A stretch of 64,000 nucleotides of DNA from Leucoraja erinacea (taxonomy: Eukaryota), in contig NC_073386.1 in NCBI RefSeq assembly GCF_028641065.1, forward strand, positions 57,412,001 through 57,476,000. The letters run 5' to 3'. The position numbers were made by a program, and so were the translations under genes. Each line of letters begins with the position of its first letter. Position 1 is the first letter of the stretch. Below are positions 37,675 through 49,307 of the stretch, in pieces. Below the pieces are notes generated by a model. That model saw only the letters and a list, made by a program, of their open reading frames with translations, did no database searches and was not told where the DNA came from.

Positions 37675-38370
37675 AGACACAAAAAGCTGGAGTAACTCAG
37701 CGGGACAGCCAGCATCTCTGGAGGGAAGGAATGGGTGATGTTTCGACTCGAGATTCTTCTTCAGACGGAGAGTCAGGGGAGAGGGAGGCTAGAGATATGG
37801 AAGGGTAAGGTGTGAAAACGACAGATCAAAGCAGACGATAAGGAAATGTAGAACCACATATCTACATGTGGAACCACGGGGTATATACAATGGTTCATTG
37901 TTGGCTGAGAGGAAGGTGATGAGGCACAGTGAAATCAATCAGAGGGCCGGTGAAACTAGTCAGAGAATTAGGGTGGGGGAGGGGCGGAGAGAGAGAGAGG
38001 GATAGCAAGGGTTACTTGCATTGAATGGAATTAAATACTTTAGAAGTTAGAGAAATTAATATTCATATCGCTGGGTTGTAAGCTTCCCAAGCTAAATATG
38101 AGGTTCTGTTCCTACAATTTGGTTTGGGCCTCACCAAAACGTCACCCATTCCTTCTCTCCAGAGATGCTGCCTATCTCGCTGGGTCTGGCAGCATCACTG
38201 GACAAAAAGGACGAGGGAATTTTTTGATTGGGACCTGTCTTCAGATGGAAAATAAGGGGTGGGATCCTACTTTCAGTCTGAAGAAGGGCCACGACCCAAA
38301 ACGTCACCGTTGAGTTACTCCAGCACTCTGAGTCTTTTTTGTAAATCAGCATCTGCAGTTCCTTGTTTGG
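37675..38370 (-). mobile_element. PLE 3' fragment with inverted terminal units
   Basis: Reverse ORF end (KL.EQNLIFSLGSLQPSDMNINF), 3' UTR and hammerhead remnants on both strands (37733-, 38278+). Confidence 0.75.
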
Positions 38371-39173
38371 ACATTCAAATACTGCTGGCAGCTTAGCTGA
38401 ATATCTGGAAACCAACCTTTTATTACAGCAAAACTTTAGATCTGATAATGTAAAGGCAGCCAAGTATTTATGGATTTGAAGCACCAGGTTTTGATGTTAA
38501 CTCATTTTATAATAGAGACATCTCCAGTTGCCCATCAGATCCCTGCTGTTACTCCATGTACGTTTCAGCTATTTCCTGCCAGATACTATTGGAAATTAAG
38601 TAACTGAAGAGTTAATGAGCAGAAGCCAAAGGAGGCAGATAGGGCTCAGTTTAGTTGATTGTCACGTGTACTGAGGTACAGTGAAAATCCAGTGCCACCC
38701 AGTCAGCAGAAAGACTATACATGATTACAATCAAGCTGTCCACAGTGTACAGATACAGGATGAAGGGAGCAATGTGGAGTGTATGATATAAAGTCCAATT
38801 AAAGATAGTCCAGGCGTCTCTGATGAGGTAGATGGTAAGGACCGATCTTTAGTTGGTGATAGGATGATTCCATTGCCTGATAACAGCGGGGAAGAAACTG
38901 TCCCCAAATTTGGAGGTGTGTGTTTTCAAACTTCTGTACCTCTTGCCCGATGGGAGAGGGGATTACAAAATGGTTGTTTAAAGAGAATTAAATGGTTCAA
39001 TTGATGCATGGGTGCTCAAAGACAAAATGACAGTGGCGTGGGGTGGGACAGGGTGGGCCGAGGAGAGGCGGAAAATGCATTGCCGTGGCTAACGATTTAC
39101 AGTAGTCCTTTTTTTAAAGATTTTAGAAATACAGAGCCTTCTGCCCATCGAGTCCGTGCCGACCAGCAGCCCC

Positions 39174-39378
39174 NNNNNNNNNNNNNNNNNNNNNNNNNNN
39201 NNNNNNNNNNNNNNNNNNNNNNNNNNNNNNNNNNNNNNNNNNNNNNNNNNNNNNNNNNNNNNNNNNNNNNNNNNNNNNNNNNNNNNNNNNNNNNNNNNNN
39301 NNNNNNNNNNNNNNNNNNNNNNNNNNNNNNNNNNNNNNNNNNNNNNNNNNNNNNNNNNNNNNNNNNNNNNNNNNNNNN
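39174..39378. other. Assembly gap
   Basis: N run. Confidence 1.
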
Positions 39379-40769
39379 AAGCCAATTGTCGCACAAATCT
39401 GTAAGTGTTCAGAGTGTGGGAGGAAACCAGACCTTTAGTTGCAAGCTATCCAGTCAATGGAAAACAATACATGATTACAATCGAGCCACATACAGTACTT
39501 ACAATGTATAGATACATGATAAGGGAATAGCGTTTAGTGCAAGGTAAAGCCAGTAAAGTCTGATCAAGGATAATCCGAGGGTCACCAATGAGGTAGATGA
39601 GGTAGAAAGGAGGCTACAGACTTTTGGCTGTTGAGTGGAACTACTGCTTGTGGAAAAAAGCAGTTTTTATGTCTGGCTGTGGCGGCTTTGACAGTCCGGT
39701 GCCGCCTTCCAGAAGGAAATGATTCAAAGAGATTGTGGACAGGGTGAGAGGGGTCAGAGATGATCTTACCCGCTCGTTTCCTGGCCCTTGCAGTGTACAG
39801 TTCGTCAATGTTCGTCAGTGTACAGTTCGTAAAATGCCACCAACACCTGGCGACTCTTGCATATGGACTCTGAGATGTCTCTATATATTCTGTACTTAAT
39901 CTGGGACTGGCCTTATGTATGGGAATAACTTTACTATTCTGTGTGTAAAAAAATCATTTCCCTGTACCTTGGAACAGGCAATATAAAGAAGATTGAAATT
40001 CTACATTGAACCTTCACACCCAGAGGCAGATGAAGCAACAGTTTCACTGGAACATGATGTCCTCAATAGAGTCACACAAGAATCATCTTCCTTTTGACCG
40101 AGTTCCACTTACTTTTTGTTCCCATGTGTTACACCTTAACCATCGTAGCTGAATTTGGTTCCAATAGTTGTTTAAGAAAGTAATACTAAACACCACAGAT
40201 GCTGTTGTCATTTCTCGAGGCCTTGGCGCGGCACTGGCCACAAAGGACATACATGGTGGACATAGTGTAATAGATCGCAGCTTTCCGGGAAAGCTAGAAT
40301 ATATAAAACAATCGACTCAAACACCCATAATTGTTCTTCAAAGAGAACGAGTAAAGAGGAAAGATAGACACAAAATGCTGGAGTAACTCAGCGGAACAGG
40401 CAGCATCTCTGGAGAGAAGGAATGGGTGATGCTTCGGGTCGAGACCTTTCCTCAGAAAGTCGATGGACCAGGTTCTTGATTGGAACATGTGTCAAGGGTT
40501 ATGAAGAGACGGCAGGAAAATAGGATTAGGGAGCAGGGATCAGCCATGATTGAATGGCGGAGTGGACTTGATGGGCCGAATGGCCTAATTCTACTATAAC
40601 AAGAACTTGTGATAGGTGCCCAACACCAACAGGCTCATTTGTTCTATTTCTCTCTATATTACCGTCTATATATCTCATTTCCCATTCCCCTGTCTCTCAG
40701 TCTGAAGAAGGGTCTCAGCACCTAGCCCTTTTCTCCAGAGATGCTGCCTGATCCGCTGAGTCACTCCAC

Positions 40770-43340
40770 CTTTTATCTTGGTCTATTAAAAGATTCAGAA
40801 CTACTTTAGATCTCCTCTTGTGAGCCTGCATGGTGCTCTGCATGTTCTCCGGCATTCTCAAAACCCCTTGCTTGGGTTATTGATCCACTCCGCGAAGGTT
40901 AGAGATTCCACCTCTAGTGGCTGCCAGCCATGGCCCGATGCTGTGGGCTGGTTCTATGATTCATGTCTGGCAGCAGAGGTATTGCGCACTCACTTGACAG
41001 ATGTAATGGAGCCAGGTTGCCAAACACAACCCGTCTCTCTTTTTCAGAGTTAGCGATCGTAGTTCCGTCGGAATGATGACGGCCATCACGGAGCAGAATG
41101 CCATCCTTTGAGGAGATTTCCGTTTGCATATTCTGGAATGTGCGGAATTCCTTGGCCAGCTTAGGACTGTTCGACTGGAAGATGGCCGGTGCCGGTCCAA
41201 ATGACAATCGGTTGTATCTGACCAGTCCCTTGTGCGTGTTAATCACGAGCAGGTTTTTTGTCTCGTTGTCCAGTTCCACTTGGAGATACTTGCAAAAAGA
41301 TTTGAGTATAGGAGCAGGGAGGTTCTACTGCAGTTGTACAGGGTCTTGGTGAGACCACACCTGGAGTATTGCGTACAGTTTTGGTCTCCAAATCTGAGGA
41401 AGGACATTATTGCCATAGAGGGAGTGCAGAGAAGGTTCACCAGACTGATTCCTGGGATGTCAGGACTGTCTTATGAAGAAAGATTGGATAGGCTTGGTTT
41501 ATACTCTCTAGAATTTAGGAGACTGAGAGGGAATCTTATAGAAACGTACAAAATTCTTAAGGGGTTGGACAGGCTAGATGCAGGAAGATTGCTCCCGATG
41601 TTGGGGAAGTCCAGGACAAGGGGTCACAGCTTAAGGATAAGGGGGGAAATCCTTTAAAACTGAGATGAGAAGAACGTTTTTTAACACAGAGAGTGGTGAA
41701 TCTCTGGAACTCTCTGCCACAGAGGGTAGTTGAGGCCAGTTCATTGGCTATATTTAAGAGGGAGTTAGATGGGCCCTTGTGGCTAAGGGTATCAGAGGGT
41801 ATGGAGAGAAGGCAGGTACGGGATACTGAGTTGGATGATCAGCCATGATCATATTGAATGGCGGTGCAGGCTCGAAGGGCCGAATGGCCTACTCCTGCAC
41901 CGAATTTCTATGTTTCTATGTTTCTATACACGTCGGATATGTCCAATTTCGAGAAGTGCTGTCCTCGCAGCTTGACGAACAGCTCTTCCACTCTTGGCAA
42001 GGGGTGTTGATCAACGTGCAATTGAGGGTTTACAGTCACTCTGTAGTCGCCACAGATGTGCACCTTGCCGCAAGGCACCTGAATGATAACTATGGGTGTG
42101 GCCCAGTCTGAATGGTCCACATGGGTGATTATTCCCATTTCTTCAAGGCGGCAAAGTTCCTTGTCGACGGCGTACATCCAACTGAATGGAACTGGTCTTG
42201 GTTTGAAGAACTTCGGGACGGCATCGTCTTTTTTAAGTCGAGCCGTGCCTTCATCTTTGTGCAATGTCCGAGTCCAGCTGCGAAAACGGCTGGAAACTGG
42301 TCAAGAACCTTCTGCAGATTGTTCACGCACTTGCTGACCATGTTACAATCTGGGGTAGATGACAATGCCACAGTTGATCCATCATAGATCAAGGCTTTCA
42401 TGTCAAGCTTGAAAGCATGGATCCAGTCGATAGCGCACAGGGATGTACCTTCTTTGCCAATGACGATCAGCGGCAACATCTGTGTCATACCATTACAGGA
42501 AAAGGCAACAGTGCATTTGCCTTTCGTGGGAATGGGCTGTCGTCCATATCTGAAAAGGCGGATGTTGTCCAGTTTCAGTTTCGGCGATCTGATCCTCTCC
42601 CAGATGTCCTGACCCACTAGCGACACAGCCGCACCAGTGTCCACCTGGAACTGTAGATCAACGTTCGAGACCCGCAGCAAAATCCTCAGCCTGTCGGTGA
42701 TCTTGGACACACCAAGCACTTCAATAGAAATGGTCTCCACGATTTGGTCAACTGCGGTTTGTGCTTTCTTGCCCTTTCTCCGCTGTTCTATGGACAGACT
42801 CGCTGCCTGGTGATGACCTTTACGGTACAGGCCTAACAAATGGACTCAATATACAGGCACTCACCGTGATGATGAGCAGTCGAGCCACTACGGTAGCAGG
42901 GTTTTGATCCTCTCCCCACAGGGGGACGGCTCTTCTGAAACTGTCCCACCTTCTCCGGATTTGCTCTGGGTCGATCAAGTGGTTTCCGGCGTTGCGGACG
43001 AGTCTGAAGAACTGTATGCACCTCCTGAGGGAGCTTCAACGATGTTTTGTCGGCCATTTTGTGCAGTTTTTTACTCAGCAGCTCGGCCATCTTAGCACAC
43101 TGCAGCACATTCTTCTCTGAGGCGTCCGATTCCTTGAGAATCACCTGCTGGATTGAACTTGGTGTGAAGTTCGGCAAGAAATTCGGTGATCGATTGCCCT
43201 TCCTGTTGCACCGTCCGTAAGAAATCAAAGCGAGCTGCGAGGAAATTTAGACTTTCTTCGAAATGCAGCTGCAAAGCCGTTATGATTTCAGCTTATGAGG
43301 CTTCAGTTACTTCAGGTGCTCCATGTACACTGTCAAGCCA
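40770..43340 (-). mobile_element. Decayed, internally deleted Ty3/Gypsy LTR retrotransposon (gag, Zn knuckle, protease, RT, pol remnants)
   Basis: gag LQLHF..LAARFDF..QQEGQSITEFLAEL; knuckle CYRSGSTAH...C; protease FQVDTGAAVS; RT PRPVPF..WATPIV..ICGDYRVTVN..PLPRVEELF..FSKLDI, resuming INTHKGLVRYNRLSFG after a CR1 insertion; frameshifts and stops; no LTRs identified. Confidence 0.9.
41293..41926 (+). mobile_element. Young CR1 3' end inserted in the Gypsy RT
   Basis: FEYRSREVLLQLYRVLVRPHLEYCVQFWSP...; (CTATGTTT)n tail; splits the RT between DVY and LQVELD. Confidence 0.93.
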
Positions 43341-44269
43341 AGATGACAGTGGCGTGGGGTGGGACAGGGTGGGCCGAGGAGAGATGGTAAATACATTGCC
43401 GTGGCTAACAATTTACAAATCTTTTTTTTCAGATTTTAGAAATACAGAGCAGAAACAGGCCCTTCAGCCCATTGAGTCCAAGCCGACCAGCAGCCCCTGA
43501 GTACTAACACTACCCCTCCACCCACGCACACACGTTAAAATTTACAATTTAGCCAAGCCAATTATCTCACAAATCTGTGAGTCTTCAGAGTGTGGGAAAA
43601 AACCAGAGCTCTGGAGAAAACCCACATGGGGAGAACATACAAACTCCATACAGGCAGGATCGAACCTGGGTCTCTGGCGCTGTCTGACAGCAACTCTACC
43701 GCTGCGCCACCGTGCCACCCTGAACCCATGTAGCTCAACTTAATAGAAACTAAGAATGAATTCATGTCCTTTCCTTTCCTTATATTTCCTCTGGGGACAG
43801 AGCACTTTCTGTAAGGACCACAACAATTTACAATGACATTTAGGATACCAGAAAATGAGTCACGTTAAACAAAGCCGACTACTTGTCCACTTGGACAAAA
43901 TATACAAAACAAAATGGTCACCAAGGAGAACGGTCACTGAGAAATCCATGGGTCTAATTGTAACATTGCTGGCAAGGCATCGGTAACATTGGGCACCTTC
44001 GAGCTTCCACACAAAGCTCTGAGGCCCAACAGTAGTCGAGAGATTAGCGAGTACCAGTTTAAATCCTCCCCCTTCCCCCCTGAAAATACCTCAATCATTT
44101 CTCAACGAAGTTGGAAAGGGGACAGAGAAGATTTACGAGGATGCTGCCAGAACTCATGTGATACGAGCAGAAATAGGCCATTCAGCCCATCAAGTCTGCT
44201 CCGCCATGGCTGATCTAGCTCTCCCACCTAACCCCATTCTCCTGCCTGCTCCCCATCATCCCTGACATG

Positions 44270-44680
44270 AGGGCCTGAGCTACAGGGAAAGGTTGAGCAG
44301 GCCTCTCTGTTCCATGGAGCGCAGGAGGATGAGGTGTTGATCTTGTAGAGGTGTATAAAATCATGAGAGGAATAGATCAGGTAGATGCCCAGAGTAGGGA
44401 AATTGAGAACCAAAGAAATAGCTTTAAGGTGAAGGTGAAACGATTTAATAGGAATCTGAGGGGTAACTTTTTGACACAAAGGATGGGTGAATGGAACAAG
44501 CTGCCAGAGGAGATAGTTGAGGCTGGGACTATTGCAATGTTTAGGAAACAGTTGGACAGGTACATGGGTCTAGAGGGATATGGGACAGATGCAGGCAGGT
44601 GGGACTAGTGTATCTGGGACATGTTGGTCGGTGTGGGAAGGTTGGACTGAAGGGACCTGTCTCCACGCTGTACAACTCTA
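44270..44680 (+). mobile_element. CR1 subfamily 3' end whose tail is shared with the SINEs
   Basis: YKIMRGID..RFNRNLRGNFLTQR..WNKLPEE; tail gggactagtgt..gaagggacctgt. Confidence 0.8.
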
Positions 44681-45689
44681 TCCTGATTAATTCACAAATT
44701 GAGTTGTTCTTAGATGGGTAAATATTACTTCCTAAACCCGAACCTTTACATATATTCTCTCCCCTAGCCACAAGCATCAAAAGATGATAAAAGCAAGAAC
44801 ACTTCACACACTCAAAATGTTTTTATAAGAACCACAAAGGGTGGAATCAAGTGCAGAACAAAAAGTCCCATTTACAAAACATTTGGTCAGATTAAAAATA
44901 ATTATTTTCTGCCTCCCCCCGAAGTGTCGGAAAATTGACTTGGGGAGAGAACGTCCAATCCATTTCTCTCAAGTCTACCTCCGATAGACACAGAAGAAAT
45001 CAAGTCTCCACATTAATCAAAGCTCAGTTAGCTCAGTCTGAAGAAAGGTCTAGACCAAAAACATCACCCATTCCTTCTCTCCAGAGATGCTGCCTGTCCT
45101 GCTGACTTACTCCAGCATTTTGTGTCTATCTTCGGTTTAAACCAGCATCTGTAGTTCCTTTCAACACAAGACGAATTGCAGAGAGAGGGGAGCTGCAAGG
45201 GTTACTTGAAATTAGAGAAATCAATGTTCATACCGCTGGGGTTGTAAGCTGCCCAAACTAAATATGAGGTGCTGTTCCTCCAATTTGCGCTGGGTCCCAC
45301 TCTGACAATGGAGGAGGCCCAGGACAGAAAGTTCAGTGTGGGAATGAGAGGGGGAGTTAGTGTTTAGCAACTGGGTGATCAGGTCGGCCCAGGCAGACGG
45401 AGCATCATGATACCATGGAATTTGTGGAATCCCCAATCATTGACCAAAGATGGGAATCCTATTAAAGAGTAAAGTAAACAGCAATATGCACGGGAAAAAG
45501 GAACAACGTGGTGGTGTAACTCAGCACGTCACGCAGCATCTCTGGAGAAAAATGTCATAAGCCAGCATCTGCAGTTCCTCGTTGATGGTACCATTTCCCC
45601 CTCAAGAGGAAAATGTCACAAAGACCTAGGGAAAATCTTTGGAAGGTGAAAGGAAGGAGAAGGGAAATGTTTAAAGGGAGAGTTCAATA

Positions 45690-47877
45690 GACCAAAGGGG
45701 GAGCAAAAGGGGGTGCCTCAGCCAGGGGGGGAGAGCAGGGGGGGGAAAGGGGAATAAAAGAGGGGAAAGAGTGGGGGGGGAAAGGGGAGCGTGTGGGCTA
45801 TAAAAGAAAGAGAAGAGGGAGTGAGGTGGGGAAGGGGGGGAAGGGAAGGGCGGGGAAGAAGGGGGAAGGAAGGAAGAGGGAGGGGAAGAGAAAGGAGGGA
45901 AAGAGGGTAAAATGGGGGAAAGGGGGAAGGGGACGGGGGGGGTGGAAAGGGGGGGGCGTGAATGGGGGGGGAAGGGCCGGGAGGAGGGAGGGGGGAAAGA
46001 AGGGGGGGGAAAGGGGGGGTGAATGGGGGGGGCATGGGAAAGTGGGAGATTGGGGAGAAAAGGGGAGGAAAGGGAACAAGAGGGGAAGGGAAGGGGGAGA
46101 GGGGGAAGAGGGGGGAAGAGGGGAACGATCCAAGGGGGGAAGGGGAAAAAAAAAAAGGGCAGGAGGGGGGAAGAAGAGGGGGGCAGAGGGGGAGGAGAGA
46201 GGGGGAAGGAAAAAAAAAAAAAAATAAGAGCAGAAAAGGTGAAAGAAGAGGGAAGAGGGGGGAAGAGAGGGCGGAAAGGGAGCAAAGGGGGGAGAGTGGG
46301 CGAGGGTGGGGTGCACGTTATCCAAAGGAAAGCAGAGGGGGGAGAAATCCAGAGGGTGAAGGGGACAGAAGGGGGAGGGGGGGGGGGGGGAAGGAGGGAG
46401 GGGAGGAGAAGAGGAAAGTGGGGAAGAGGAGGGCTGGAAGGGAAAGAAAGGGAATCCAGGGAGGAAGGGTTGGAAGGGGGAAAGGAGGAAGCAGAAGGGG
46501 GGAGAGAGGGAGAGGGTGAGGAGGGGAGGGGGGAAAATGGGGGAAGAAGAGGGAGGAGGAGGGAGGGGAAGGAGAGGGAGTGACAAGGGGGAAGAGTGGA
46601 GGGAAGAGAGGGGGAAGAGTGTGGAGGGACGGAGGAAAAGAGAGAGGTAGGGGAGAAGGGGGAAGAGTGGGAGGGGAGGGGGAGAGGGAGGTAGGTGGAG
46701 AGAGGAGGGGAAAAAGTGGGGTGAGGGAGAGGGGAGGGTAAGAGTGCGGGGGGGGAGGAGGGGCAGGGGGGTGGGAGGGAGTGAGGGGGAAGACGGGAGA
46801 GGGGGGAGAGGGGGAGAGAGGGAAGGGGAGAAGGAAGAAGAGAGTAGGGATAGGGGGTGAGGGGGGGAACAAGAGAGAGGGGTGAGGGGGGAGGGGGTGA
46901 GAGAGGAAGGTGGGGGTAGGTGGGGAGAGAGGGAGGGGGGAGGGAGAAAGAAAGAGAGGGAGAGGAGAGGGGAGGGGAAGAGAGGAGGGGGGAGGGGAGA
47001 AAGGGGAAGAGTGTGGGAGGAGAGGGGAAAGAGAGGGGGAAAGGGAGGAGGGAGATAGTAGGCATAGAAGGGGAGGGGGAAGAATGGGGAAGAAGGGGAG
47101 GAAAGAATGGGGGGGGGGTAGAGAGGGAAAGGTGAAGAGAGGGAGAGGGTGGGGGGGGGGGTGGGGAGGAAGGGGAGAGAGTGGGGAAGGGAGGGAACAA
47201 GGGAGAAGGGAGGAAGAGGGGGTGGGGAGAGAGTGAGGGTAGGGAGGAGACAGAAGTGGGGGGGGGGGGGAGAGGAGAGGGGTGAGGGAGGGGGGGGGGG
47301 CAGAGGGGGAAGAGGTGGAAGAGGGGGGAGAGGGGGAGAGAGAAGGGGGAGAGGAGGGAAGGGGTGGTGGGCAAGGGTGGGGGAGGGAGGGGGGAGGTGG
47401 GGGAGGGAAGGGAGGGGGAAGGGGGGGGGAGGGAGGGGGGGGGAGGGAGAGGCAAAGGGGAGGGAGGAAAGAGGGGGGGAGGAGGGAGAGGAGGGAGAGA
47501 GAGGGGAGGGAGGGGGGGAGAGGGGAGGGAGGAAGATGGGGGAGGAGGGGGGGGGAGGAGGAGGGGGGGGAGGAGAAGGAGGAAAGGAGGAGAGGAGGGG
47601 GAGGGGTAAGGGAGGAGAGGGAGGGAGAGGGGGAGGGGGGGGGAGTGAGGAGGTAGAGGGGTGGGAGGGGTGGGGGAGAGGAAGGAGAAGGGGTTAAAGG
47701 AGGGAGGAGGGAGGAGGGGGGAGGAGAGAGGGAGAGGATGGAAGGGGGGAGAGGAGGGGGGAGGGGCGGAAGTGGGGGGGGAGGGGGGCTGGGGAGGGAG
47801 GAGGAAGAGAGAGAGGAGGAGAGGAAGGAGGGAGGGGGGGAGGGAGGGGGGGAGGGGGAGGGGGTGAGGGGAGGGAA
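45690..47877. repeat. Polypurine G/A-rich low-complexity tract, probably low-accuracy sequence
   Basis: More than 2 kb of almost only G and A on the + strand, ending at a gap. Confidence 0.85.
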
Positions 47878-48053
47878 NNNNNNNNNNNNNNNNNNNNNNN
47901 NNNNNNNNNNNNNNNNNNNNNNNNNNNNNNNNNNNNNNNNNNNNNNNNNNNNNNNNNNNNNNNNNNNNNNNNNNNNNNNNNNNNNNNNNNNNNNNNNNNN
48001 NNNNNNNNNNNNNNNNNNNNNNNNNNNNNNNNNNNNNNNNNNNNNNNNNNNNN
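47878..48053. other. Assembly gap
   Basis: N run. Confidence 1.
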
Positions 48054-49036
48054 AGAGGGGGGGAGAGGGGGGGGGAGAGAGGGGGGAGGACGGGAGAGGG
48101 AGGAGGGGAGGAGGGGGAGAGGGGGAGGGAAGGAAGAGGGAGGGGAGGGGGGGGAGAGAGGAGGGGGGAAGGGGGGGGGGGGAGAGGGGGGAAGGGGTGG
48201 AGAGGGAGGGAGAGGAGGGGGGAGAGGAGGAAGAGGGGGGGGGGAGGGGAGAAAGGACGGGGCGGGGGGAGGGGGGAGAGGGAAGGGGTGGGGGGGAGGG
48301 GGGGGAAGGTTGGGGGAGAGGGAGTGGAGGGAGGGAGCGGGGGGGGGGGGGCGGGGACGAGGAAGGGGTTAGGGGAGGCAAGGGGAGAGGGAGGGGAGAG
48401 AGAGGGAGAGGTGGGGGTGGGGTAAGAGGGAGAGAGTGGGAAGGGAGTACGGGGAGGGAGGGTGGAAGAGGGACAGAGAGGGGAAGGAGGGGGAGAGAGA
48501 AGGAAGGAAGGAGGGGAGAGGGGGGAGGGGAGAGAGGTGAGAAGGAGGGAGAAGAGGGGAGGGAGAGGGGGAGGAGAGGAAGGCGAGAGGGGAGGGGGAG
48601 ACGGGAGGGGGAGGGGGGAGGGAGAGGAGGATATGGGGTAGGGGGGGAAGGGAGTGGATGGGGGGGGGACGAAATGGAGAGAGGAAAAGGGGGTGGGGGA
48701 GGGAAGGGGGTTAGGGGGCGGGTTGGGGGAAGAGTGGGAAGGGGGTGGGGGAGAGGGAGGGATGGATGGGTGGGCGGCGGAAAAAGGGGAGGAGAGGAGA
48801 GGAGGGTGAGGAGAGGGAGGTGGAGAGTGGGAGGAGAGAGAGAGGGATGGGGAGGGGGGGAGAGAGGGATGGGCAAGGGAGAGAGAGGTTGTGTGGAGGG
48901 AGGGGTAAGAGTTTGGAGTGAGAGGGGAGGGGTGGGGGGGGAGAGGAGGGGGAAATAGTGGGGAGGGAGAGTGGAAGGGGGAGGGGAGGGACAGTCCATC
49001 TGTTCCCCATTCCCTTTCACCCCCAATCCTCTTTCT
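48054..49036. repeat. G/A-rich element with a defined 49-bp end, copy 1
   Basis: Ends gggacagtccatctgttccccattccctttcacccccaatcctctttct (48988-49036). Confidence 0.85.
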
Positions 49037-49307
49037 CAGGAAACATGTTCCCGATATTGGGGGAGTCTAGAACCAGGGGCCACAGTGTAAGCCATTTCGA
49101 ACAGAGATGAGGAAACTTTTTCTCACAGAGAGTTGTGAGTCTGTGGAATTCTCTGCCTCAAAGGGCGGCGGAGGCCGATTCTCTGGATGCTTTAAAGAGA
49201 GAGCTAGATAGGGCTCTTACAAATAGCGGAGTCAGGTGATATGGGGAGAAGGCAGGAACGGGTTACTGATTGGGGATCATCAGCCATGATCACATTGAAT
49301 GGCTGGC

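Noticed and set aside
45671-49026. Long Pro/Ser/Leu- and Gly/Glu/Arg-rich ORFs (594 aa, 902 aa and others; also 54179-55183)
   Set aside because: Translations of G/A low-complexity DNA and N gaps, which lack stop codons by composition.
45690-49036. Idea that the G-rich tracts are switch-region-like targets for the nearby deaminase
   Set aside because: No AGCT/WRC repeat enrichment, no Ig segments, and no established DNA deaminase activity for APOBEC4; proximity alone is not evidence.
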